Part shown: one piece after another, positions 25,150-38,094 of the stretch
Position numbering within the stretch: the first letter of the stretch is position 1
Layout: the number at the start of each line of letters is the position of its first letter
Assembly: GCF_964213995.1 (NCBI RefSeq)
Contig: NC_135808.1
Span: forward strand, 34,534,001 to 34,598,000
DNA length: 64,000 nucleotides
Source of the DNA: Mustelus asterias
Taxonomy: Eukaryota
Direction: 5' to 3'
Translations under genes and position numbers: made by a program
Notes under the pieces: model-generated
Told to the model about the DNA's origin: nothing
Seen by the model: only the letters and a program-made list of their open reading frames with translations
Databases searched by the model: none

Positions 25150-27024
25150 ACTATTCTCTTCCATAATTATTAGTATGGTATTATTCCCCTTCACCTCTGG
25201 TTCTCAATCCTTCCATCAGTGGTAACAGTTTCTCCTTGTCTACCCTGTTCAGACCCTTCATGATTTTGAAAACCTCTATCAAATTTCATCTTAACCTCCA
25301 AGGAGAACAGTCCCAACTTCTCCAATCTATCCACAAAACTGAAGTTGCTCGTCCCTGGAACCATTCTCATGAATCTTTTCTGCACTCTCTCCAGTGCCTT
25401 CACAGCCTTCCTAAAGTGCCGTGTCCAGAACTGGAGACAATACTCCAGTTGGGTCTGAAACAATGTTTTGTGCGGGTTTAACAAAGCTTCCTTGTTTTTG
25501 TATTCTATGCCCGTATTGATTAAGTCCAAGATGTTGTATGCTTTATTAAAGTAAAGTTTATTTATTCGTCACAAGTAGGCTTACATTAACACTGCAATGA
25601 AGTTACTGTGAAATTCTCCTAGTCGCCACATTCCGGCACCTGTTCGGGTCAATGCACCTGACCAGCACATTTTTCAGACTGGGAGGAAACCAAGCACCAG
25701 GAGGAAACCCACGCAGACATGGGGAGAACGTGCAAACTCCACACAGACAGTGACGCAAGCTAGGAATCAAACCCAGGTCCCTGGCGCTGTGAAGCAGCAG
25801 TGCTAACCACTGTGCCACCGCTCTCTTAACCTGTCCTGCCCCCTTCAATGATTTATGTAATTATACTCCCAGGTCCCACAGACCCTGCGGCCCCTTTAGA
25901 ATTGTATCCTTTATATTGTCTCTCTGCATTCTTCTATCAAAATCAATCATTTCACACTTATAGTTTTGAATTTCATCTCTTGCCCATCCATTCCGCCAAC
26001 CTGAGTGTTCTTTTGAATTTCTACACTATTCTCACAGTTCACAATACTTCCATGTTTTGTATCATCCTCCAATTTTGAAACATTTACAATTTTCCAGTCC
26101 TCTGGCACCACCCCTGAGTCTAAGGAAGACTGGAAAATTATTGCCACTGCCTCTGTCATTTCTACTCTCGCTTCCCTCGGTATCCTTGGATGCATCTCAT
26201 CCACTCTTGTTTTCTTACAACTTTAAGTATAGACAGCCTATCCAATGCCACCTCTTTTATCAAGTTTAAACTCTTCCAGTGTCTGAATTATCTCCACTTT
26301 CACAATGACCTGTGCTACATTTCCCTTGGTAAAGACCAATGCAAAGTATTAATTTAACAGCTCAGCAATGCAGCCTGCCTCTATGGCCTCAATTCCTTTG
26401 CCTGTCTATATGCCGACAGAAGACCATTGGATTCCCTTTTATGTTAACTGCCAGTCTCTTTTCATACTCTCGTTTCTTCTTTTATTTGCTTTATCAATTC
26501 CACTTTGAACCATCAATATTCAGCCTGGTTCGGTTGGATTCTCTACCTGTCATCAGTTATAAATATTCTTTTTCTCCTTCATCTTAATCTCTGTCTCTTT
26601 TGTCATCGAGGGAGCTCTGGATTTCAGCCTTTCTCCTTTGTGGGAATTACCTTGACTTTGCCTGATCTCTCTGCTCTTTAAAGGCAGCCCTTTGTTCATA
26701 GAAACCCTACAGGGCAGAAGGAGGCTATTCGGCCCATCAAATCTACACTGACTCTCTGACAGAGCATCCTATCCAGGCCCTGCCCCATAACTCCACATAA
26801 CCCTGCTAATCCCCCTAACCTATACATCCCTGGACACTAAGGGGCAATTTAGAATGGCCAAACACCTAACCTGCACATGTTTGGACAATGGGAGGAAACC
26901 GGAGCACCCGGAGGAAACCCACACAGATACAGGGAAAAGGTGCAAACTCCACATAAACCCGAGGCTGGAATTGAACCTGGATCTCTGGCGCTGTGAAGTA
27001 GCAGTGCTAACCACTGTGCCACCG
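25150..27024 (-). mobile_element. Decayed CR1 with V-SINEs at about 25550-25820 and 26698-27024
   Basis: ORFs 25191-25529 and 25947-26204 (CR1 ORF2 motifs), plus SINE V-domain sequence. Confidence 0.8.
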
Positions 27025-27099
27025 TCTCCCCTTAAAAGAGTTAAGAAAGTTTGCATTGGACTTTTAGTTCATCAGGGAAATTAGTACTGGAAAGAAAGG

Positions 27100-29670
27100 C
27101 TATGACAGGTGCAGTCACTGTGCTGGGAGTATACTACAGGCCACCCAACAGCCCACGGGAAGTGGAGGAATGGATATGTCAGGAGATTCTGGATATGTGC
27201 AGAAAAAATAGGGTTGTTGTAGTGGGAGACTTCAATTTCCCTGGTATAGACTGGAAAGTGCTTGGGGCTGGGAGTCTGGACGGGGAGGAATTTGTAAAAT
27301 GCGTACTGGAAGGTTCTTTGGAACAGTATGTAGATAGCCCAACTAGAGAGGGGGCTATACTGGATCTAGTTCTGGGAAATGAGCCCGGTCAGGTCGTCAA
27401 AGTTTCGGTAGGGGAACATGTGGCAAATAGTGACTACAACGCTGTTAACTTTAGGATAGTAATGGACAAGGACGAGTGTGGTCCTCAGGGTAGGGTGCTA
27501 AATTGGGGGAAGGCTAACTATAGCCGGATTAGGCAGGAATTGGTGGCCGTTGATTAGGAGAGGCTGTTCGGGGGTAAGTCCACGTCTGGCATGTGGGAGT
27601 CTTTTAAGGAACAGTTGATAAGGCTGCAGGACAGGCATGTGCCTGTAAAAAGGAAGGATATGAAAGGTAGGATTGGAGAGCCGTGGATAACCAGGGAAAT
27701 TGAGGATCTGATCAAAAAGAAAAGAGAGGCGTACGTTAGGTCCAGGCAACTGAAAACAGATGGAGCTCTGGAGGAATACAGAGAGAGTAGGAAAGAACTC
27801 AAACAGGGAGTTAGAAGGGCAAAAAGAGGTTTCAAAATGTTTTTGGCAGACAGGATTAAGGAGAATCCTAAGGCATTTTATTCATATGTTAGGAACAAAA
27901 GAGTTGTCAGGGAAAAAGTCGGACCTCTCGGGGACAAAGGAGGGGAATTATGCTTAGAACCCAAGGGAATAGGGGAGATCCTAAATGAATACTTTGCATT
28001 GGTATTCACAAAGGAGAGGGACTTGTTGACTGGGAGTGTCTCAGAGGGAGGTGTTGACCCGTTAGAGAGAATCTCCATTACAAGGGAGGAAGTGTTAGGT
28101 TTTTTAGGTAACATTAAAACTGACAAATCCCCAGGGCCTAATGGCATCTATCCTAGACTGCTCAGGGAGACAAGAGATGTAATTGCTGGACCTCTGACGG
28201 AAATCTTTGTCTCTTCATTGGACACAGGTGAGGTCCCTGAGGATTGGAGGATAGCGAATGTGGTACCGTTATTTAAGAAGGGTAGCAGGGATAACCTGGG
28301 TAATTATAGGCCGGTGAGCTTGAAGTCCGTGGTAGGGAAGTTGTTGGAGAGGATTCTTAGAGACAGGATGTATGCGCATTTAGAACAGAACAATCTCATT
28401 AGTGACAGACAGCATGGTTTTGTAAGAGGGAGGTCGTGCCGTACAAATTTGGTGGAGTTTTTTGAGGAAGTGACAAAAACGGTTGACGAAGGAAGGGCTG
28501 TGGATGTCGTCTATATGGATTTCAGTAAGGCATTTGACAAAGTCCCTCATGGCAGGTGGGTTAAGAAGGTTAAGGCTCATGGGATACAAGGAGAGGTGGC
28601 TAGATGGGTAGAAAACTGGCTTGGCCACAGGAGGCAGAGGGTAGCAGTCGAAGGGTCTTTTTCCAGCTGGAGGTCTGTGACCAGTGGTGTTCCGCAGGGC
28701 TCTGTACTGGGACCTCTGCTATTTGTGATATATATAAATGATTTGGAAGAAGGTGTAACTGGTGTTATCAGCAAGTTTGCGGATGACACGAAGACGGCTG
28801 GACTTGCAGATAGCGATGAACATTGTCGGACAATATAGCAGGATATAGATAGGCTGGAAAATTGGGCGGAGAAATGGCAGATGGAATTTAATCCAGATAA
28901 ATGCGAAGTGATGCATTTTGGAAGAACTAATGTAGGGGGAGTTATACAATAAATGGCAGAGCCATCAAGAGTATAGAAACTCAGAGGGACCGAGGTATGC
29001 AAGTCCACAAATCCTTGAAGGTGGCAGCACAGGTGGTGAAGAAGGCATATGGTATGCTTGCCTTTATAGGACGGGGTATAGAGTATAAAAGCTGGAGTCT
29101 GATCTTGCAGCTGTATAGAACGCTGGTTAGGCCACATTTGGAGTACTGCGTCCAGTTCTGGTCGCCGCACTACCAGAAGGACGTGGAGGCTTTAGAGAGA
29201 GTGCAGAGAAGATTTACCAGGATGTTGCCTGGTATGGAGGGTCTTGGCTATGAGGAGAGATTGGGTAAACTGGGCTTGTTCTCCCTGGAAAGACGGAGAA
29301 TGAGGGGAGACCTAATAGAGGTGTACAAAATTATGAAGGGTATAGATAGGGTGAACAGTGGGAAGCTCTTTCCCAGGTCGGAGGTGACGATCATGAGGGG
29401 TCACGGGCTCAAGGTGAGAGGAGCGAGGTATAACTCCGATATCAGAGGGATGTTTTTTACACAGAGGGTGGTGGGGGCCTGGAATGCGCTGCCAAGTAGG
29501 GTGGTGGAGGCAGGCACACTGACATCGTTTAAGACTTGCCTGGATAATCACATGAGCAGTCTGGGAATGGAGGAATACAAACGAATGGTCTAGTTGGACC
29601 AATGAGCGGCACAGGCTTGGAGGGCCGAAGGTCCTGTTTCCTGTGCTGTACTGTTCTTTGTTCTGTTCTT
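27100..29670 (+). mobile_element. CR1 LINE ORF2 (APE endonuclease + RT), few stop codons
   Basis: ORFs 27051-27557 (YYRPP, GDFN, LDL, SDY), 27591-28838 (RT) and 28997-29593. (tgttct)n tail. Confidence 0.95.
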
Positions 29671-29976
29671 TGCATTGGTCTTCACTCGAGGATATAAGTA
29701 ACATCCCCGAAATATCTGTAAATTAGGAAATCGGTTACTGTTTCTCCTGCTAACCTTTGACTCCAATGTATCTGGCTCAGATCCATTCTGACCCCATTGA
29801 ATTTTGGCTTTCCCCCAGTTCATTATTCTTACTCTGGATTGTTCCTTGCCGTTTTCCATAGCCATCCTAAACCTTGTGATACAATGATCACTGACCCTAA
29901 ATGTTCTGCTGATACTTGATCCACTTGGACCCCTCATTCTGAAAAACCAGATCCAGCAATGCTCCCTTTCTCATTG

Positions 29977-30121
29977 ATGTGGAGATGCCGGCGTTGGACT
30001 GGGGCGGGAACAGTAAGAAGTCTCACAACACCAGGTTAAAGTCCAACAGGTTTATTTGGAATCACGAGCTTTCGGAGCGCTGCTCCTTCATCAGGTGAGT
30101 GGAGAGACTTTTTACTGTACT
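29977..30121 (-). mobile_element. Penelope pLTR-derived insert with hammerhead motif (30062-30098)
   Basis: Reverse complement tcac-CTGATGA-a-ggagc agc gctcc-GAAA-gc-TC-gtga. TSD cctttctcattg at 29965-29976 and 30122-30133. Short inverted piece at the 5' end. Confidence 0.85.
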
Positions 30122-30413
30122 CCTTTCTCATTGGAGTGGAATCATACTGCAATGGAAATTCTCCTTAATACACTCGAGCAACTCTTACCCCTCTCTGCTC
30201 TTTACCCCATTACTATCCCAGTCTATATTCCGATAACTAAAGTTCCCATTGTAACTACTCTGTAGTTCTTGCACCTCTGTAATTTCCTTGCTAATTTGTT
30301 CCTCTGCATCTTTTTAGTTTGATGGCCCATAGACTACACCAAGCAATGGATTTGCACCTTTTTTGGTTTCTAGTTCAAACCAAATAGATTCTGCCCTTGA
30401 TCTAGCTGGATGC

Positions 30414-30450
30414 TCACTCTCTTTCTCCCTCTCGCTCTCTCTCTCTCTCC
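30414..30450. repeat. Imperfect (CT)n microsatellite
   Basis: ctctctttctccctctcgctctctctctctctcc. Confidence 0.7.
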
Positions 30451-31025
30451 AGCACTGGAATGTTTTCCCCATTCCTAACTTTCCTGAACAATTTATATTT
30501 GGGGATATTTAATACCAAGCACTGCCCACAAGAACTGCAGAAAATCAAAGAGAAGTCCTGGTCGCAACTAACATCAAACCAGGACAGACATTCTGAGGTG
30601 CCGCCTTTCAGATGTAATGTTAAAGTGAGGTTTTTTTTTTGTAAAGTGGTCGTTAAAGGAGCTACTGAAAGAGTCAATATTTTTCCCAGCGTCTTAGTCA
30701 AGTTTATTTTTGTGCCATTAATCCAGATGAACTTCATTTTCATCTGTTTGCAGGATCTTGCTGTGTACACAACAGGTGGAAATCATTGTTTGTAAGGAAT
30801 TTGAGGATGTGCTGAGGATGAGGCTTTATAAATGTAAACTCTTTCTTTAGTTATCTCTCCACTGCATGTTGAAGTAGTCTAATTTCTGATCTGAACTGAT
30901 GGGAATTGATTATAGTCACTCATTGTATATTTTCCACACTGCACAGTCTACCTGTTATATTTTATTTATCCTGCTACATCACATTGGTTAATTGTACCCA
31001 TGCCATGTCCTTTCTCTGTTCACAG

Positions 31026-31307
31026 TTGCCCCTCAGATTGCCATGTACCCTGAAGTCTCAGTAGAATGGGGACAGCCCAACACATTGATCTGTCTGACTG
31101 ATGGATTCTTCCCTCCACGTATCACCATGAAGTTTATGAGAAACAATGAAAAACTGACTAATGGCATCAACATCACAGAGTATTATATAAAGAAGGATTA
31201 TTCCTACCAGAGATTCGCATACCTGCAATTCACCCCGAGTCCGGGAGACATGTATTCCTGTCATGTGGAACATGAGGGTCTGGAGGAGCCAGCGACTGTA
31301 TTTTGGG
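31026..31307 (+). CDS. DAA: MHC class II alpha chain, exon 3 (alpha2 Ig-C1 domain)
   Basis: ttctctgttcacag acceptor and GTTAGT donor at 31308. 282 bp, phase 1/1. Translation VAPQIAMYPEVSVEWGQPNTLICLTDGFFPP...GDMYSCHVEHEGLEEPATVFW contains both Ig cysteines and the YSCxVxH motif. Confidence 0.96.
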
Positions 31308-32669
31308 GTTAGTATGGATTTGATTATCTGGGAGCTGGTTTCAGAATTGATTTATAGTCAGATGCAGTGTAAGAGTCAGACTTTATGTCTCATTCTTGAA
31401 AGGCCTCAATTGATGTTTTTGCACTTCAAATGTGGATAGAATCCCGTGTAATAAAATATAATAATTAGTTTAACTGGCTGTTGAGTATAGTTGGGGCATT
31501 AGATTGGTTTTACAATTAGAATCCAATAAATATCAACATCTGTAATTCAATCAAACCTTGGTTTACAGAGAATGAGAATAAGTGGTTGATTGTGTAATCG
31601 TCAGCAATGAATCTCTGTTCAGTGTTGGATTTCCCTTGTGCTCTGCAGAAAATGTATGTAGCACAACAGAGTAAAAGCCAGTATCAGGCCAGGTGCAATA
31701 TGTGTCTATTACATTTTGGGAATTTTTTTCTCTGTGCTGTATGGTCTATGAAGTTAGAAATATTTAGTTTGAATTATTCTCATGGGTGAGTTTTTCACTC
31801 AACTTGGACCTTCAGACTATATTTAATGAAATCTAGGGCATAAAAGAGATTTAACTAAAGTTTCCACCTTTTCTGAGAAGCAGAATATCACATCAAATCC
31901 TGTTTTAGATTTTAATTGTGAAAAAAAAATCATTGATAAATTAAGAACAAATAAATTAACACATGGCAGGGCTGGTGATGTGTTGCATCTGCTGTATGTG
32001 GGTTGGCATGGACACCAGTGTAATCCACAGCAAACACATCTGCAGTGAATGGTTGCAGCTTCAGGAATTTTGATTCAGAATGAATGAGTTAAGGTTTGAG
32101 CTGTGGACACTGCGATGCATCAAGGAGGGGGAAAATTATCTGAACATTTTGTTCCAGAAGGCAGCTATACCCCTTAGAATAGGGCCCTCTGATTTGGTCA
32201 GGGACAGGAGGGTGTGACTGTGAGTGAGGCAGGTAAGGGGATTGAGAACGTAGGAGCCTCAGCAAATGCCCTGTAGGTGCAGAATGTATGGATGAGAATG
32301 GGGACGGCAAGGTGGATGAGTGAACTGGCCTTGGCATTGTGGTACTGGAAGCCATTCATGTGGGGGGAGTAATAGGAATGTTGTGGTGTAGAGGACAGTA
32401 CAGCACAAGGGATAGACACGGTTCTGTGTCGAGGAAAACAAGAATCCAGCTGACTTTGTTGCCTGCCCAGTGCCAGAGTTTGGGACATCTGATTGGGGCT
32501 GGAGAGGAACTTGCCGTGGGAAGGAGAGGATCCTGTTGTTGTGGTCTATGTGGGGTACTGACAGCAGAAATGGGGCTAGGAAGGAAATTCTGCATAGCAA
32601 GTATCAGCTACGAGAGGCTAAATTGAAAAGCAGAACCTCAAAGGTAATAATCTCTGTATTGGGTGCGGG

Positions 32670-33492
32670 GAGGCGGTGGCAGTGTTTTTGTCACTGGGCT
32701 AGTAATCCAGAGACCTAGTTTAATGCTCTGGGGACCCAGGTTTGAATCTCACCACAGCAGATGGTGAAGTTTGAATTCAGTAAAAATCTGGAATTAAAAG
32801 TCTAATGATGACAATGAGACCATTGTTGATTGTCGTAAAAACCCATCTGGTTCACGAACGTCCTTGGGGAAGGAAATCTGCCACCCTTACCTACATGTGA
32901 CTCAGACCCACAGCAGTGTGGTTGACCCTGAAATGGCCCAACGAGGCACTCCGTTATATCAAACAACTTTAGGAGATTGGATAAAAAAATGAAACCAGAC
33001 AAACCACCCAGCATCGACCTAGGCATCAGGAATGACAGTGGCAAACTCAGCCCTGTCAACCCTGCAAAGTTCTCCTCACGAACATCTGGGGGCTAGTGCC
33101 AAAATTGGGAGAGCTGTCTCACAGACTAGTTAAGCAAAGCCTGGCATAATCAGATTCATGGAATCAGACCTTACAGATAACATCCCAAACACCACCATTA
33201 CCATCCCTGGATATATCCTGTCCTACTGGTAGGACAACCCAGTAGAGGTAGCAGCGGCATGGTGGTATATAGTCAGGAGGGAGTTGTTATGGGAGTTTTC
33301 AACATCGACTCTGGACCCATTAAGTCTCATGGCATCCGGCCAAATACGGGCAAGGAAACCTCCTGCTGATTACCACGTACTGTCTCCCCCTCTGCTGATG
33401 AATCAGTCAGTACCCTTCTTGGAGGGTACACTACTTGGAGGAAGCACTGAGAGGCCAGGGCACCGAATGTACTCTGGGTGGGGGACTTCAAT
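32670..33492 (+). mobile_element. 5' part of LINE family B (tRNA-like head + endonuclease start), probably continuing at 43078-44305
   Basis: Collinear with 97-720. It ends at the WVGDFN codons, and 43078 resumes shortly downstream in element coordinates. Confidence 0.75.
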
Positions 33493-33494
33493 AT

Positions 33495-36400
33495 TTTTTT
33501 TTAATCCATTTGTGGGACATGGGTGTCGCTGGCTGGCCAGCATTTACTGCCCATCCCTAGTTGCCCTTGAGAAGGTGGTGGTGAGCTGCTGCCTTGAATC
33601 GCCATGTTCTGTGGGTTGACCCACAATGCCGTTCGGGAGGGAATTCCAGGATTTTGACCCAGCGACTGCGAAGGAACGGCAATATATTTCCAAGTCAGGA
33701 TGGTGAGTGGCTTGGAGGGGAACTTGCAGATGGTGGTGTTCACATTTATCTGCTGCCCTTGTCCTTCTAGATGGAAGTGGTCGTGGGTTTGGAAGGTGCT
33801 GTCTAAGGATCTTTGGTGAATTGCTGCAGTACATCTTGTAGATAGTACACACTGCTGCTACGGAACGGTGGAGGGTTTGTAGATGTGGTGCCAATCAAGT
33901 GGGCTGCTTTGTCCTGGATGGTGTCAAGCTTCTTGAGTATTGTTGGAGCTGCACCAATCCAGGTAAGTGGGGAGTATTCCATCACACTCCTGACTTGTGC
34001 CTGGTGGATGGTGGATAGGCTTTGGGGAGTCAGGAGGTGAGTTACTCGTTGCAGTATTCCTAGCCTCTGACCTGCTCTTGTAGCCACTGTGTTTATGTGG
34101 CGAGTCCAGTTGAGTTTCTGGTCAATGATAACCCCAAGGATGTTGACAGTGGGGGATTCAGTGATGATAACACCATTGAATGTTAAGGGGCGGTGGTTAG
34201 AGTGTCTCTTATTGGTGATGGTCATTGCCTGGCATTTGTGTGGCGTGAATGTTACTTGCCACTTGTCAGCCCAAGCCTGGATATTGTCCAGATCTTGTTG
34301 CATTTGAACATGGACTGCTTCAGTATCTGAGGAGTCGCGAATGGTGCTGAACATTGTGCAATCATCGGCGAACATTCCCACTTCTGACCTTATGATGGAG
34401 GGAAGGTCATTGATGAAGCAGCTGAAGATTGTTGGGCCGAGGACACTACCCTGAGGAACTCCTGCAGAGATGTCCTGGAGCTGAGATGACTGACCCTCCA
34501 CAACCACAACCATCTTCCTATGTACCAGGTATGACTCCAACCAGCATGAATTTTCCCCCTGATACCCTTTGATTCCAGTTTGGCTAGGGCTCCTTGATGC
34601 CACACTCGGTCGAATGTGGTCTTGATGTCAAGGACTGTCACTCTCGCCTACCTCTGGAATTCAGCTCTTTTGTCCATGTTAGAACCAAGGCTGTAATGAG
34701 GTCAGGAGCTGAGTGACCCTGACGAAACCCAAACTGGGTGTCACTGAGCAGGTTATTGCTGAGCAGGTGCTGCTTGATAGCACTGTTGATGACCCCTTCC
34801 ATCACTTTACTGATGATCGAGAGTAGACTGATGGCGCGGTAATCAGCCGGGTTGGATTTGTCCTGCTTTGTGTGCACAGGACACACCTGGGCAGTTTTCC
34901 ACATTGTTGGGTAGATGCCAGTGTTGTAACTGTACTGGAAGAGCTTGGCGAGGGGAGCGGCAAGTTCTGGAGCACAAGTCTTCAGTGCTATTGCCGGAAT
35001 GTTATCAGGGCCCATTGCCTTTGCAATATCCAGTGCCTCCAACTGTTTCTTAATATCACGTTGTAGTGGGATCTTTCTCTTTACTCCACTTACAGGCCGG
35101 TATTTGGGGGTCTGCCGATTGCTGCGAGTGTCTCTCTCTTACAGGCCTTGAAATTTCAAAGGCCGGGGAATGCTGCACTGGGGCAACTCCGCAGGAGAGA
35201 GCGCTGAACCAGGCTCACCGTTTATACCTGACCGGTAACCTGATACTTATATCACACAGCCGTCCCAAAACCCCCACCAAGGCCTGAGTGATTCTCTCCC
35301 TTGTCAGTGGGACAACGGCCACCCTGCACCCACTCCACTCGAGTAGGTCTCCAAGAGAGAGAACAGAGAGACTCTGTTCTTTATCTCCTGACCAGCAGTC
35401 TCCCTTGAGTGAGTGGGTTCGAATCACTCAGATCACCCTCGGTTCGAGACTCTGGATTTATGGTAAGGGATATTGAAACTGTGACCTTGTCAGAGTGCGC
35501 TGATGAGAGAACAAGAGGCAAGACGAACTCCAAACGAGTTTCAAAATTTACAGTGATTTATTTAACAATAGAATCAACCTCTCCAATACCACACCACGTA
35601 TGAATAAAACTTATACTTTATACTATCACTATGGGAGAAATGCTAACGGGTACAACGTAAAATCTTACTTTCCACAGTTCAAAACAAGATTACTGAACTT
35701 TAAAATTACAATACATCACCCCTCCCCTTGCCTCAACCTCTATCCTATCCTCGGGAGCTTCACAAGGTTGGCTGGGCTACTCACAATTCTACAAGGGCTC
35801 GAACATCTTAGTGCAGGGTCGAAACTGGGCTGCTGTTGGTCTTCACCTCTGCACATGAGCTTGCGATTCTGGAAGAGAGCTCGGTTTGGCTTGTCTGCCT
35901 CCCTTGATCTTAACTTCAGCCTAATTTAACAACCAACTTCCCTGCCCCCGTAGGTGATTTTCAAGGACAATGGGCTTTCGATCACCGGCAGTCTCGGTTT
36001 AACTGGGTCAAGTCCAAACACAAAAGGCTGGAACTGCCTGGACCCCCATTGGTCGTTATTTCAATGTCTTCTTAATGCTCCTCCGGAGCTTCCTGAACGG
36101 TATCCCATTAGTGGGATGGGTCTTCTTGTCTTCTGTGGATGGGCCGATTTCAGTGGCCATTGTCTCCCTGCTGGCCTGTTTACTGTCTTTTGTCCTTCTG
36201 AAGATTAGGTCACTGGTGTGTCTGCCTTTCTGGCCACTTGCATATTCAGGGGGTCACACCTTTCCTTAGCACAGTCCACAGGCAGCTTATGTTTGTCCTG
36301 CCGAGCCTTCTGGGAGGTTTTATCAGCCAGCAGCCAGAGTTGGCCACTTTTAAACTGTCAGGTTTCTCCTGAGTCCTTTTAAAACATGGAGGATTGCCCT

Positions 36401-37495
36401 GAAACTTACAATGTGGAGTGAATCGAATTGGCTGGAGACTAGCATCTGAGATGCTGGGGACCACTGCTGGAGGCCGAGATGGATCATCGGCACTTCTGGC
36501 TGAAGATTGTTGCGAATACTTCAGCCTTATCTTTTGCACTGATGTTCTGGGTTCCTTCATCATTGAGGATGGGGATATTTGTGGAGCCGCTGCCTCCAGT
36601 GAGTTGTTTAATTGTCCACCACTGGATGTGGAAGAACTGCGAGCTTAGATCTGATCCGTTGGTTGTGGGATCGCTTAGCTCTGTCTATCACTTGCTGTTT
36701 TTGCCATTTGGAATGCAAGTAGTCCTGTTTGGTAGCTTTAACAGGTTGACAGTTCATTGTTAGGTATGCCTGGTGCTGATCCTGGCATGCCCTCCTGCAC
36801 TCTCCATTGAACCAGGGTTGATCCTCTGGCTTGATGTTAATGGTTGAATGGGGGATGTGTCGGGCCATGAGGTTGCAGATTGTGCTGGAGTACAGTTCCA
36901 CTGCTCTTGATGGCTCACAGCGCCTCATGGATGCCCAGTCTTGAGTTGCTAGATCGGTTCGAAGTCTGTCCCATTTAGCACGGTGATCGTGCCACACAAC
37001 ACAATGGAGGTTATTCTCAATGTGAAGTCAGGACTTCGTCTCCACAGGGACTGTGCGGTGGTCACTCTTACCGATACTGTCATGGACAGATGCATCTGCA
37101 GCCGGCAAGTTGGTAAGGATGAGGTCAAGGATGTTTTTTCCTCTTGTTGGTTCCTTCACCACCTGCTGCAGACCCAGTCTAGCAGTTATATCCTTTCGGA
37201 CCCGACCAGCTCGATCAGTAGTGCTGCTGCCGAGCCACTCTTGGTGGTGGACATTGAAATCTCCCACCCAGAGTACGTTTTGCGCCCTTGCCACCCTCAG
37301 TGCTTCCTCCAAGTGTTGTTCAACATGGAGGAGTACTGATTCGTCAGCCGAAGGAGGATGGTACGTGGTAACCAGTAAGAGGTTTCCTTATCCATGTTTA
37401 ACCTGAAGTCATGAGACTTCATGGGGTCCAGAGTCAATGTTAAGGACTCCCAGGGCAACTCCCTCCCGACTGTACACCACTGTGCTGCCACCTTT
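33495..37495 (-). mobile_element. LINE family B, long copy (endonuclease + RT + tail), interrupted by a solo LTR
   Basis: ORFs 37028-37312 (GDFNVHH, LDL, SDH), 36608-36997, 34638-35042 and 33803-34603 (PQGS, FADD). Poly(A) at 33495-33502. Confidence 0.9.
35062..36410 (-). mobile_element. Solo LTR (1349 bp)
   Basis: TGTA...TACA termini. 4-bp TSD acgt (35058-35061) / atgt (36411-36414). The host LINE is restored on removal. Orientation is inferred from an AATAAA on the minus strand near 35560. Confidence 0.75.
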
Positions 37496-38094
37496 CATTC
37501 GCTTTAAACAATCATCTTCAATTCATTATAACATCTGTCATATACCTTAGCCAATCACACCTCACCTTCTGGCATGATGGAATTTCATTAGTCTGTAGGA
37601 TTCAGAAGCTAATCACTGTTCTGGCTAATCCCATTTCCTGGATCCTTTAGCAACTCCCAGATGCTTGACCTTAAAGGGTCAGAGGTAAAGTTCCCACCAG
37701 CTCATTGACCAAACCAGGCACATGCCCGTGTCTGGGATGCATCTGTCTTATCTGGACAATAAATAGGCCTATTCACAAATGTATCCTTGAGTGTTCCTCT
37801 ATAAGAAACTTACTGATAATTTACACAGTCTAAGGTTTTCATTGTTAGTTAAGAATGTGATTCTGCCCTTTTGACCACACTTCCATTATTGCCTTTCAGT
37901 TTCTTGCCTTTGACTTAAAACTACATCCAGTATATTAAAAATATCAGCATTTATTTGAAATCACAGTCACTTGTTTAAATCTCTTACTGCCTTTCATTTG
38001 TGTATTAGCTTCTAACTTTGTTTCAAAGTCATTTAACTCTATGTTGGTAGCTCTGTCCGTTTTTAAAATCCCTCTTAACCTTAGAATTCTTTAC

